Source of the DNA: Candidatus Sumerlaeaceae bacterium
GTDB taxonomy: Bacteria; Sumerlaeota; Sumerlaeia; Sumerlaeales; Sumerlaeaceae
Direction: 5' to 3'
NCBI GenBank assembly: GCA_049968255.1
Contig: JBMFRB010000002.1
Location: forward strand, 224,001 to 288,000
Length of the DNA stretch: 64,000 nt
Position numbers and translations under genes: made by a program. This document shows, piece after piece, positions 48,118-57,667 of this stretch; position 1 is the first letter of the stretch; the number at the start of each line of letters is the position of its first letter. Below the pieces are notes generated by a model that saw only the letters and a program-made list of their open reading frames with translations, made no database searches and was not told the DNA's origin.

Positions 48118-48216
48118 GAACCCAACCCGTGCCTCGAGTACATTTTTCGGCCATTTTCGGTAAGGTCTTCGCTTGTCCAACAGAATTGTCAAGATACGCG
48201 GATGACAAAAAGACAA

Positions 48217-48292
48217 TGGAGGCGACGAGCGGATTCGAACCGCTGAATAGAGGTTTTGCAGACCTCCGCCTTAACCACTTGGCTACGTCGCC
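48217..48292 (-). tRNA. tRNA-Cys(GCA)
   Basis: Minus strand GGCGACGTAGCCAAGTGGTTAAGGCGGAGGTCTGCAAAACCTC...GGTTCGAATCC...CGTCGCCTCCA. Confidence 0.97.
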
Positions 48293-48351
48293 TCGAAGAG
48301 GAGCGCCTTTCAGCGCAGTCAAAGATACTCCAAATTCAGTAGAATTATTTT

Positions 48352-49164
48352 TTAGCGAGCGACGATTCCAATTCCGTTTTGTTCGGCGAGCGCAAGTGTG
48401 TCGTCGCGGTCAAAAATCAAACATTCTCCTGCTGACACTGCTAAGGCTGTGGCACCGGCTCGCTGCATGGTTTCGATCGTTTTCCGGCCTATCACGGGGA
48501 TGTCAAAACGGAAATCTTGGTGGGGTTTACTCACTTTGACAACGACGCATCCTCTGCCTGCCAAACTTCCTGCTCGGAGGATACACTCGTCTGTTCCTTC
48601 CGCTGCCTCTACTGCCACGACCATTTTATCTTTCACCACGATTGTCTGCCCGATATCCTGACCTGCGATAGCTTTTGCGATGGGGAAGCCAAAATCGAGA
48701 TCCTCCTGCTCGCGCTCGGTGAGAGGTCTGTGCGGAGTGAGAAGTCCGGCCGGTGGCATAAGGGATTTGAGAAAAAGACTCGAATCAAGAACATGAACCC
48801 CCTCCTTCTCAAACTCCTCACTGATCAATCCGAGCAAGGTGTCGGCTTTTTTGTTTGCTGCTCGTGCTAGAAGCTTCACAGCGCGCCAATCCAAATGGCG
48901 ATATTGAAAAATGGTCGTGTGAGGTACTCTTCCGGCCAGGATAAGATTGTGCACGCCGTTGCTGCGAAGTATCTCAATGGCTCGGTTGAGCTGGCCGAGT
49001 TCCAGCCATTCGATGTGTCGGCAGACTTGACCAAGATCCTCCTCAGCAAAACCTCGGATTGCGAGAATAAAAACCTCGGTTCCTGCGCTCTTGGCTGCGC
49101 GCGCGACAAGTTTCGGAAAATCTCCGGCGCCAGCAATTATTCCAAGACGTTGTGGAATCTCCAT
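48352..49164 (-). CDS. lpxI: UDP-2,3-diacylglucosamine diphosphatase LpxI
   Basis: LGIIAGAGDFP, DIGQTIVV, AVEAAEGTD, KPHQDFRFDIPVIG. Confidence 0.93.
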   Translation of the reverse strand: MEIPQRLGIIAGAGDFPKLVARAAKSAGTEVFILAIRGFAEEDLGQVCRHIEWLELGQLNRAIEILRSNGVHNLILAGRVPHTTIFQYRHLDWRAVKLLARAANKKADTLLGLISEEFEKEGVHVLDSSLFLKSLMPPAGLLTPHRPLTEREQEDLDFGFPIAKAIAGQDIGQTIVVKDKMVVAVEAAEGTDECILRAGSLAGRGCVVVKVSKPHQDFRFDIPVIGRKTIETMQRAGATALAVSAGECLIFDRDDTLALAEQNGIGIVAR

Positions 49165-49218
49165 GAAATTACCTAGGGAAAGGCACGAACGAGTTCGCTT
49201 AGTAGAGCTTTCCATCTC

Positions 49219-49533
49219 TCATTTGGTTTTGCGCCGCCCCGCGGGTGAGCTGTTGCCAGCGATTTCGGGACTTTCCAGCGTGTCAAGGCCCTCGGCGGGG
49301 CGGGCAATGACATGGGCCGAGATTAGCTCGCCGACGGCGCGCGCTGCTTGAGCACCAGCATCCACAGCAGCTTTCACCGACGCCACGTCACCATGGAGAA
49401 ATATCGTCACAAGTCCGCCGTCTGCTTTCTGGCGCGCTACTACCCACACTTCACCAGCCTTTGCCGCTGCATCCGTAGCAGCAATGAGTCCCACATAACC
49501 GCGAGTTTCTATGAGGCCAAGGGCTTCGTGCAT
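49219..49533 (-). CDS. Bacterial microcompartment shell hexamer (BMC-H)
   Basis: ALGLIETRG, DAAAKA, GDVASVKAAVDAG, AHVIARP. Confidence 0.93.
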   Translation of the reverse strand: MHEALGLIETRGYVGLIAATDAAAKAGEVWVVARQKADGGLVTIFLHGDVASVKAAVDAGAQAARAVGELISAHVIARPAEGLDTLESPEIAGNSSPAGRRKTK

Positions 49534-49630
49534 CGCTTTTCCTCATGCGTCAAAAATGCCTAGTTTATTCGGCTCTCAATATCGTGAGCATTGACTCGAT
49601 AACTTGCCGCAGTCTACAGAAAATGATGAG

Positions 49631-51430
49631 ATGATTCCTGAAGAAAAAATTCTACACGGCATTCCGGTCGCTCCAGGCATCGCTATTGGACGCGCCCACG
49701 TTTGTGCGGCATTGGGAACGATTCGTACGGAGCAGCGCGAAATTCCTGTCCACGAAGTGGAGACCGAGGTTCAGCGGTTTCTGGAGGCGGTGGAAGAATC
49801 GAAGCGCCAGGTCACAAGCCTTCGCGAGCAAGTTGCTAAAGAACTCGACGCGAAACATGCTGAAATCTATACACCGCAATTGGCCCTGCTCGAAGACGCA
49901 GATTTGATTGATGCAACGGTCGAAGCGATCAGACGCGAACAGAAGAATGCCGAATATCTTTTCGCGCGTCGCATGAATGAGTTCCTAGATCAGTTGAGAA
50001 AGCTCGATGACGGTTTCCTTTCTGGCCGAGAAACTGATTTTCAAGATGTCGCATGGCGGGTGCTTAGCAACCTAGGCCGTCGGCAACATGCGACACATGC
50101 GACATTTGGGCCCGATACCGTGTTAGTTGGACACGATCTTTTGCCTAGCCAAAGTGCTAGTCTTCTCAAAGATCACGTTGTTGGTCTTGCTCTTGAGAAA
50201 GGAGGACCGACTTCGCATACAGCCATTATTGCGAAAGCTACCGAAATTCCAACAGTCGTCGGTGTCGAGGGGATTATGCAGGTTGTGCGCGAAGGGGCAC
50301 CGGTAATCGTGGATGGGGTCGCTGGCAAAGTCATTCTCTTCCCCTCGAAAGAGACGTACGATGACTATCTTCAGCGCCAAAAGGAGTTTGTTGAACTCGA
50401 ACGCGATCTCGAAGAGCTTCGGGACCTGCCTTCTGAAACGCTCGATGGGTATTCTGTGACTTTGCGAGCGAACATTGAGTTCCCGGAAGAGATTAGCCAC
50501 ATCGCCCTTCATGGTGGAAAAGGGATTGGTTTGTTCCGAACGGAGTTCATTTTTCTCAATCGCGAACGTTTACCGTCCGAAGAAGAGCAATACCAAATCT
50601 ACAAGCAGGTTGCGGAGCGTGTGTTTCCTGATACCGTCGTCTTTAGGACGCTTGACGTTGGGGGCGATAAATTCTTTGCTGCCTCAGCACGCCCCAGCGA
50701 GCTTAACCCTTTCATGGGGCTTCGTGCGGTGCGACTCTGCCTCAAGCATCAGGATATATTTCGTCCGCAATTGCGGGCAATGCTGCGTGCCAACACTCTG
50801 GGCAACGCAAAAATTTTGATTCCGATGATTTCTGGCGTGGAGGAGTTCCGTGAGGTAAAAAGACTTATTTACTCTGTGATGAACGAACTTCGGGCCGAAG
50901 GGGTTCAGACCTTCACCGAGGTCGAGATCGGAGCCATGGTAGAAATTCCCTCTGCGGCTATACTTGCAGACGAGCTCGCGCGCGAATGCGATTTCTTTTC
51001 GATTGGGACGAACGACCTTATTCAGTACACGTTGGCAGTAGATCGCGGAAATAGATCGGTGGCTTATCTGTATGAGCCGCTTCACCTCGCCGTTTTGCGG
51101 TTGCTGCGCACGACTGTGACCGCAGCCGAGGACGCCGGTATTAAGGTGAGCGTGTGTGGAGAGGCGGCCGCAGATCCACTCTACGCATTAGTTCTGGCTG
51201 GGATGGGGGTCCATGAACTTTCCATGAGTGCGGTGAACATTCCCGCGGTGAAGCGGGTCATCAGGGCCGTGACTCTAAAGGAAGTCAGAACGCTGGTCGA
51301 AGATGTTTTCAATGCTCCGAGCATTGACGAACGAAAACGTGTCCTAAGGGCTTTTCTCGATTTCCTTGTGCGCGAGCGCAGTGTTCCAGCCGGTGAGATT
51401 CTCACCACATCCATAGCACACCTGGAATGA
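49631..51430 (+). CDS. ptsI: PTS enzyme I
   Basis: GGPTSHTAI phospho-His, GIGLFRTEF, RTLDVGGDK, NPFMGLR, FSIGTNDLIQY, VCGE. Confidence 0.96.
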   Translation: MIPEEKILHGIPVAPGIAIGRAHVCAALGTIRTEQREIPVHEVETEVQRFLEAVEESKRQVTSLREQVAKELDAKHAEIYTPQLALLEDADLIDATVEAIRREQKNAEYLFARRMNEFLDQLRKLDDGFLSGRETDFQDVAWRVLSNLGRRQHATHATFGPDTVLVGHDLLPSQSASLLKDHVVGLALEKGGPTSHTAIIAKATEIPTVVGVEGIMQVVREGAPVIVDGVAGKVILFPSKETYDDYLQRQKEFVELERDLEELRDLPSETLDGYSVTLRANIEFPEEISHIALHGGKGIGLFRTEFIFLNRERLPSEEEQYQIYKQVAERVFPDTVVFRTLDVGGDKFFAASARPSELNPFMGLRAVRLCLKHQDIFRPQLRAMLRANTLGNAKILIPMISGVEEFREVKRLIYSVMNELRAEGVQTFTEVEIGAMVEIPSAAILADELARECDFFSIGTNDLIQYTLAVDRGNRSVAYLYEPLHLAVLRLLRTTVTAAEDAGIKVSVCGEAAADPLYALVLAGMGVHELSMSAVNIPAVKRVIRAVTLKEVRTLVEDVFNAPSIDERKRVLRAFLDFLVRERSVPAGEILTTSIAHLE

Positions 51431-52953
51431 AATCCGCAGAGCAAAATTCACGTGCCCAGCAACGAGCGTTGACGCGCATTGTCTTATTACTCGACTCGGC
51501 TTTGCGATTTGCTCGGCGCATTCCATCGTGGGGCTGGGTATGGATCGGGAGTAGTTTGTGGCACTTGTTTCTTATCGCCCATGCGGCACCGAATGTCTTT
51601 CCCGACTCAGGAAGCTATACTCACTTGGCGGAAGCGATTCGCGATAACAAGTGGGTGCCAGCATTTACGTTTCGCACACCAGGGTACCCGTTTTTTCTTT
51701 ATCTTATTTTTAGCGCTGCAGGATGGAAGAACTTTTATGCCGTGATGGTGGTGCAGGCGTGCCTCGGCGCGACGATCCCTGTGCTTTTGTATGCTCTGTA
51801 TCGTCTCATAGTTTCGCAACGATGGCTCGCTGTTGTGGGAGGGCTTGCGTTTCTTCTTGATCGCTACAGCATTGGATTAGAAACTGTGCCGCTCACGGAG
51901 TTTCTCTGCGGCTATACGATTCTTCTGGCGCTTGTGACCTTCCTGTACGCGCTACGTACACGAAACTATTGGTGGGGATTAGGGGCTGGTTTTGCCGCGG
52001 GTGTGAATTTTCTCATTCGCCCTACGTTTGAGTATGTCTATCTCGCCTGGGTGATCGCTGCGGTGGTATTGTGTTGGACATCTACGGTTTCGAGAGAAGA
52101 TAGACTGCGACTGCTCAAATGGTTGTGTGTGTATCTTCTCCCATTTTTCCTCAGCTATGCCTCTTGGTCTTTTGTGGTGTGGCGGCATACACATGTGTTT
52201 GCTCCCTCGCTTCAGCTCGGCGCTTCTATGACGAATCACACCGGTGCGTTTATGGAGCTGGCGCCTGACCAATATGCAAAAATCCGCGACATTTATGTTG
52301 CTGAGCGCGAAAAACGCGGGGGGGACCACATCAATCTCTTCGATGAAGCTGGTTGGAAAATTGCTGACGCGACTTCCATGACACTTTGGCAGTTGTCTTT
52401 AAAGTTCAGGGAAATAAATGCCTATTTGATCATGCACTATCCTGACCGTTATTTACGCCAGGTTGTGGCTGCATGGGATCGAATCTGGATTGAGGATTCC
52501 CACTACCTCGTGGATCTAACGGACCCTTATGCCACGGGGAAACCAGTCACGTATACCAGTTATTTCAGGTTTATCGCCACGAACGCTTTAAGCAGGCTGA
52601 TTTATCTGCTCCCGGAGACGCTTCTCTGGCACCGGCCAATGATCTTGCGGGCAATTCCTTGGGTGCTGAGTGCCTGCGCCCTTATGCTAATATTTTGGGG
52701 AAAGCGAGAATGCATGGCGCGGCTGACGCTCGTGCTTTTCATCGGGACAATTTTTTATCATATTCTGGTGCATGTTCTGGTTCAGCTTACCGAGTTTGGA
52801 CGGTACAAACTTCCGGTGCAGGGTCTCTGGTTTTCCCTTCTATTGTTCAGTCTAGCTACTGCAGGTGCGCGTGTGGTCGCCCGCATGAGGGGGAGTAACG
52901 CTCAGCAGCCGCCAGTAAGCAAATCATCAAAGCAAATCAAAAGGTCACGTTAG
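51427..52953 (+). CDS. Polytopic membrane protein, GT-C (ArnT/PMT-like) glycosyltransferase
   Basis: PDSGSY, RTPGYP, LTE, LIRP, RY.LP motifs with multiple TMs. Confidence 0.7.
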   Translation: MKSAEQNSRAQQRALTRIVLLLDSALRFARRIPSWGWVWIGSSLWHLFLIAHAAPNVFPDSGSYTHLAEAIRDNKWVPAFTFRTPGYPFFLYLIFSAAGWKNFYAVMVVQACLGATIPVLLYALYRLIVSQRWLAVVGGLAFLLDRYSIGLETVPLTEFLCGYTILLALVTFLYALRTRNYWWGLGAGFAAGVNFLIRPTFEYVYLAWVIAAVVLCWTSTVSREDRLRLLKWLCVYLLPFFLSYASWSFVVWRHTHVFAPSLQLGASMTNHTGAFMELAPDQYAKIRDIYVAEREKRGGDHINLFDEAGWKIADATSMTLWQLSLKFREINAYLIMHYPDRYLRQVVAAWDRIWIEDSHYLVDLTDPYATGKPVTYTSYFRFIATNALSRLIYLLPETLLWHRPMILRAIPWVLSACALMLIFWGKRECMARLTLVLFIGTIFYHILVHVLVQLTEFGRYKLPVQGLWFSLLLFSLATAGARVVARMRGSNAQQPPVSKSSKQIKRSR

Positions 52954-52957
52954 TCTT

Positions 52958-54499
52958 ATGGCAGGTCGCCGATTGAAGGACAAAAAGAAGAAAGAGCGCT
53001 TGCATGCGATTGCTTCAAAACAGCAGCAGGAAGTCAACCATCAACCATCGGTTGACCGCGGCTTCAGTGTGTCAGTCGGAGCGTTTTTGCGCCGGCATGT
53101 CGCATTGATTGTGGTGATGATTGTCACGTTTGTGTGGGAATTTGTCCTCTGGCGCCACGCTCAGCCTAATGTCTTTCCTGACGGTTGGACGTACGGAATG
53201 TTAGGCAAGGAACTGCTCGCGGGGAATTTTTCTCACGAGCTTTTCTCGTTTCGTACGCCTGGCTTCCCGGGATTTCTCGCGATGATTTTTGCGATCGCGG
53301 GTCCGGACAATTGGCAAGCGGTTGTGAATGTTCAGTTTCTCCTTGGTGCTTGGGTACCTGTCGGTCTCTATGCTCTTTTTTTGCCTTTCGCCGGGCGTCC
53401 CTGGCTGGCGGCCCTGGGCGCTGCGGCCTACCTACTCGATCGTCGTTTTCTCGCGCTTCAGGCTGTGCCGCTCACGGAGTTTCTTGGTGGGGTTCTCGGC
53501 GTGTACGTTCTTGCGTGGCACGTCTGGGCGTGGAAGCGATGCTATTGGCAGGAGGCCGTGCTTCTCGGTTTTGCCACTGGTCTCTGGATTCTTGTTCGAC
53601 CTTCTTTCCAACTCTTGCCGTGGTGTTTGCTGACTGTTGGTTTGATTTTGTCATGGTGGGATTTGCGGATACGGCAAGAGCAACCCGGAAGAACACTGCG
53701 CTGGCACGCAGCCTACGTCGTGGGGTGGCAGCTACCGTTGTTGCTTTGGTCCGCCAATGTTTACAGGTTTACGGGCCACTGGGGCCTCTCGCACCAGCTT
53801 GGCGCCTCGCTGACCAATCACACGGGGGCCTTTATGGAGTATGCACCTGCTGAGGCAGGCCCGCTTCGGGATCTTTACGTGGCAGAAAAACAGCGGCGCG
53901 GGGGAGACTGGATTAATATTTTCGACAGCATTCACAAACAGTTGGAGGCCGCAACCAGTTCGCCAATCTGGGAAGTTTCATTGCGCTACAAGGAAATTAA
54001 TAAGGTTTTACTGACAAAGTTTTGGCGAGAGTATCTAGATCAGGTGCAGATTGCGTGGAACATGTTGTGGCGTGAGGCTTCTAAGTATGTGGTTGACGAG
54101 TCTGCCACTGGGATCGATCCGAAGACGGGGCGAGGGAAAGCACTTCCGCTATTCGAATTTGTAAGTACTAGCTTTCTCGGTCGGAATGTCTATCTGCCGT
54201 TAGACCGGGCTCTTTGGTATAACCCTGACACACCACAGCTTATCCCTAAGCTGTTGGTCGTGTTATTGGCCTGCCTCGCATTCTTGCGGCGGCGCGACCG
54301 TCATGCGTTGCTCGCGCTTTTGGTGATTGTGGGCACCGTTTTCTATCACATGCTCATTCATGCAGCTGTGCAATTCACGGAATTTGGGCGCTACCGATTG
54401 CCAGTGCAGCCTCTGTGGTGGGGGTTCCTTTTTTGCGGGATAGCCGTTGTGCTGTATGAGAGTCTTCGATCCGTGCACAACTATTTTGAAAAAGACTAA
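52958..54499 (+). CDS. Polytopic membrane protein, GT-C-like, tandem paralogue of the preceding gene
   Basis: Shares PNVFPD, FRTPG, PLTEFL, QLGAS.TNHTGAFME.AP, RGGD.IN, TEFGRY.LPVQ. Confidence 0.7.
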   Translation: MAGRRLKDKKKKERLHAIASKQQQEVNHQPSVDRGFSVSVGAFLRRHVALIVVMIVTFVWEFVLWRHAQPNVFPDGWTYGMLGKELLAGNFSHELFSFRTPGFPGFLAMIFAIAGPDNWQAVVNVQFLLGAWVPVGLYALFLPFAGRPWLAALGAAAYLLDRRFLALQAVPLTEFLGGVLGVYVLAWHVWAWKRCYWQEAVLLGFATGLWILVRPSFQLLPWCLLTVGLILSWWDLRIRQEQPGRTLRWHAAYVVGWQLPLLLWSANVYRFTGHWGLSHQLGASLTNHTGAFMEYAPAEAGPLRDLYVAEKQRRGGDWINIFDSIHKQLEAATSSPIWEVSLRYKEINKVLLTKFWREYLDQVQIAWNMLWREASKYVVDESATGIDPKTGRGKALPLFEFVSTSFLGRNVYLPLDRALWYNPDTPQLIPKLLVVLLACLAFLRRRDRHALLALLVIVGTVFYHMLIHAAVQFTEFGRYRLPVQPLWWGFLFCGIAVVLYESLRSVHNYFEKD

Positions 54500-54657
54500 G
54501 CCTTCTGTTTTTACCGTACTTCCAGACTTTCGTTTCGAGAGACCCGCCAGACTTCCGCACCAAGAACACTCGAAATTGAAGAGGTGCGAATTTTCGTGGG
54601 AGCAGTGATTATTCCGAGAGCAGGAGATTTTGTTTCACCCCAGAAGAGGTGTTCACC

Positions 54658-55125
54658 GTGAAAATTGCGCTTTCAAATGACCACGCAGGTGCGCCAATGC
54701 GCTCTGTGGTTCGTGATGTTCTCGAACGGCTCGGCCATGAGGTGAAAGATTTTGGTGCTAAGGGCGATTGCTCCGTGGACTATCCAGAGTACGCCGCGCA
54801 AGCGCTCCGAGCGCTAGCACGGGGTGAGGTCGATCGTGCCATTCTCATTTGCGGCAGTGGGATTGGAATGAGCATTGTGGCAAACAGAATTCCTGGCGTG
54901 AGGTGTGCGTTGGCGACGGACCTCTTTGCTGCTGAAATGAGTCGACGCCACAACGATGCTAACTGCCTGGCTTTACGCGCCCGCGAACAATCGCCGACGC
55001 TCAATGCGCAGATCGTGGAGAAATGGTTGACGACGGCCTTTGAAGGTGAGCGTCACGTGCGCCGAATCGAAAAAATTGAGCAAGTGGCGGAAGCCTTGCG
55101 TAAAGAACTCGCCGCAGGCCGATAG
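54658..55125 (+). CDS. rpiB: Ribose-5-phosphate isomerase B
   Basis: DHAG, SVDYP, CGSGIGMSIVAN, HNDAN, FEGERH.RR. Confidence 0.95.
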   Translation: MKIALSNDHAGAPMRSVVRDVLERLGHEVKDFGAKGDCSVDYPEYAAQALRALARGEVDRAILICGSGIGMSIVANRIPGVRCALATDLFAAEMSRRHNDANCLALRAREQSPTLNAQIVEKWLTTAFEGERHVRRIEKIEQVAEALRKELAAGR

Positions 55126-55167
55126 GTGCATGCATGGGATTTCATTGTTGGAAGGAGAACTGAAAAC

Positions 55168-56430
55168 ATGATGGTGGAAGAGGGACAGTCTGTTTCGCCT
55201 CTGGCAGAAGGCGATCCGGAAGTTTTTGCTGCTATCCGAGCGGAAGAAGTGCGCCAGCAAACAACACTGGAAATGATCGCCAGCGAAAATTTCGTGAGTC
55301 CGGCTGTGCTTGAGGCTCAAGGAAGTGTGCTCACGAACAAATACGCAGAGGGTCTTCCCGGCCGACGCTATTACGGTGGCTGTGTAAACGTTGACGTGGC
55401 GGAGCGGCTTGCCATCGAGCGCGCCAAAGCATTGTTTGGTGCGGAGCATGCCAACGTGCAACCCCACAGCGGCGCCCAGGCGAATATGGCCGCATTCTTC
55501 TCGCAGCTTGTTCCGGGCGACACGATCTTGGGAATGGATCTGGCTCACGGCGGGCACCTGACACATGGATCGCGGGTAAACTTCTCCGGTATCTTTTTTC
55601 GAGTGGTTTCGTACGGTGTGCGTCGCGATACGGAAACGATTGATTATGACCAGGTGGCAGAACTTGCCCGCGAGCACAAACCGAAGATGATCATTGCAGG
55701 CGCGAGCGCTTATCCGCGTCAGATTGATTTTGCAAAGTTTGCTGAGATCGCAAAAGACTGTGGCGCAGTGTTCCTGACCGATATGGCGCACTATGCGGGC
55801 CTCGTAGCCGGCGGAGTTTACGGCTCGCCGGTGCCGCACGCTGATATTGTGACCACGACGACGCACAAGACGCTACGTGGTCCGCGCGGAGGTTTGATCC
55901 TTTGTAAAGAGGCCCTAGCCAAGTCCATCGATAAGTGGGTCTTCCCTGGAATTCAGGGTGGGCCTCTCATGCATGTTATCGCGGCGAAAGCTGTTTGTTT
56001 TGGCGAAGCGCTAAGTCCTTCATTCCGCATTTACGCCCATAACGTGGTTACAAATGCTAAAATTTTGGGAGAGGAACTGACTCGGGGGGGCTTACGCCTT
56101 GTGAGTGGTGGCACAGATTGCCACCTGCTTCTCGTGGATGTTTCGCCACTAGGAATTACAGGCAAGCAGGCTGAGCAGGCACTTGACGAAGCTGGGATCA
56201 CAGTGAACAAGAACATGATTCCCTTCGACGAGCGAAAACCAGCGGAGACCAGTGGCATTCGTGTCGGAACTCCGGCCCTGACGACGCGAGGGATGGGACC
56301 GGAGGAAATGCGGCTCATTGGCCAGTGGATTGTCCAAATTTTGCGCAGTCCAGCCGACCAGGCCCTCAAGACAAAGGTCAGGGCTGCTGTGCTGGAACTG
56401 ACGTCAAGTTTTCCTTTACATCGGTCGTAG
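55168..56430 (+). CDS. glyA: Serine hydroxymethyltransferase
   Basis: [39 protein letters not shown]; GAAGGAG SD. Confidence 0.98.
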   Translation: MMVEEGQSVSPLAEGDPEVFAAIRAEEVRQQTTLEMIASENFVSPAVLEAQGSVLTNKYAEGLPGRRYYGGCVNVDVAERLAIERAKALFGAEHANVQPHSGAQANMAAFFSQLVPGDTILGMDLAHGGHLTHGSRVNFSGIFFRVVSYGVRRDTETIDYDQVAELAREHKPKMIIAGASAYPRQIDFAKFAEIAKDCGAVFLTDMAHYAGLVAGGVYGSPVPHADIVTTTTHKTLRGPRGGLILCKEALAKSIDKWVFPGIQGGPLMHVIAAKAVCFGEALSPSFRIYAHNVVTNAKILGEELTRGGLRLVSGGTDCHLLLVDVSPLGITGKQAEQALDEAGITVNKNMIPFDERKPAETSGIRVGTPALTTRGMGPEEMRLIGQWIVQILRSPADQALKTKVRAAVLELTSSFPLHRS

Positions 56431-57472
56431 GCCCCTGCCGGTTAATCTCCCTCTCTAGCTCGGGGTAGTACCGTAGGAGTTCCTTGCGGTAGGCACTCGC
56501 TGGTGCCAAATCAAGGTGTCGGCGATAGCTGTCTTTGGCCTTGGCCTTGTCGCCCAGCTGAGAGTAAGCGTCGCCGAGGAATAGCGGAATCTCAGGGTCA
56601 TTTGGGGCAAACCGCTGCGCAGTGAGCAAAACGGTGATTGCTTCAGAGAGTCGTCCTTGCTTCGCGTAACCCATCGCGAGAATTTTTTCTGTCGTGGCGT
56701 CCATCTCCCCCCGCAAACGATTGAGCTCAAGGAAACGGATGAGGCTTTCCATCTTTTTAGCTGCAAGAGCGCCGATAAAGAGAGCTGTCGGTTCAAGTGA
56801 TTTCTCATGGAAATTGTGTTTAAACTCGCGGTAGTAATAGTCGGCCATGATGATTTGATTGAGGAGCACTGCGTTGAGGATGCGCGTTTGGAGCAGTTCG
56901 TTTCGGTAGGTGGGGAATGAGTCCGCTTGTGCCAGTGCAATGGTGGCCCGTCCGAACTGCTGCGTTCGACTCAGAGCTTGGGCCCAGAGGCGGAAGATGT
57001 TGTCCTGGCCAACGCGAGGCAGAGGTTCCATGGCCAAATATTCGTCGAATGTGGCCACGGCTTTTTCAAAATCATTTGCAAAATAATAAGCTTGAGCAAG
57101 CATTTTGAGAAGTTGAGTAAGGTGGGGCATGAAAGGACGCGCTCGGTCGAATATGGCGATGGCTTCTGCGCGCCTCTCCAGAAGCAATTCTGCGTAGCCA
57201 AGATAGTAATAAGCATAGCCATTGTAAGGATTTTGGCGAATACTTAGCTCAGCCATTTCCTTGGCCTGAGAGTAAAGCTGACGTTTAGTTAGCGTGTCCG
57301 CTTCGGACGCTGTCACCTCGGCGGTATATCGGACGAGACTTTCGCGGAATAGGATGGCTGAGCCGAGAAAAGCTACAATAAGCAAGACTATGCGAGAGAG
57401 CCTTCGCGCAGAAGATCCGGCCGGCGCCTGCGCTATTTTTTGGTGGTCAGGGTGTATTGTTTGTGATGGCAT
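56378..57472 (-). CDS. Membrane-anchored TPR protein
   Basis: One N-proximal TM; TPR units ([19 protein letters not shown]). Confidence 0.75.
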   Translation of the reverse strand: MPSQTIHPDHQKIAQAPAGSSARRLSRIVLLIVAFLGSAILFRESLVRYTAEVTASEADTLTKRQLYSQAKEMAELSIRQNPYNGYAYYYLGYAELLLERRAEAIAIFDRARPFMPHLTQLLKMLAQAYYFANDFEKAVATFDEYLAMEPLPRVGQDNIFRLWAQALSRTQQFGRATIALAQADSFPTYRNELLQTRILNAVLLNQIIMADYYYREFKHNFHEKSLEPTALFIGALAAKKMESLIRFLELNRLRGEMDATTEKILAMGYAKQGRLSEAITVLLTAQRFAPNDPEIPLFLGDAYSQLGDKAKAKDSYRRHLDLAPASAYRKELLRYYPELEREINRQGPTTDVKENLTSVPAQQP

Positions 57473-57482
57473 ATTTCTTGCT
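57467..57482 (+). promoter_or_regulatory. Sigma54 (-24/-12) box upstream of rpoN
   Basis: TGGCATATTTCTTGCT is a near-perfect TGGCAY-N5-TTGCW. Confidence 0.7.
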
Positions 57483-57667
57483 TACGATTGGTAAGGGATT
57501 GTGTAATTTCGATCTTTGACGTTGAGTAAGCTTTTGTTGGATGAGCGGCTCAAGGAGAAACACGGCCGTCAAAAAAACCGCCGTTGCTGCCGCAAATCAC
57601 ATTTTCTCCAACAGGGCGGTTTGTGGCAGAGTTTCATTCGCGTGGTCAAGCAAGGTTTCTGTGAGCT

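Noticed and set aside
54973-55866. 297-aa - strand ORF
   Set aside because: Antisense shadow of rpiB and glyA
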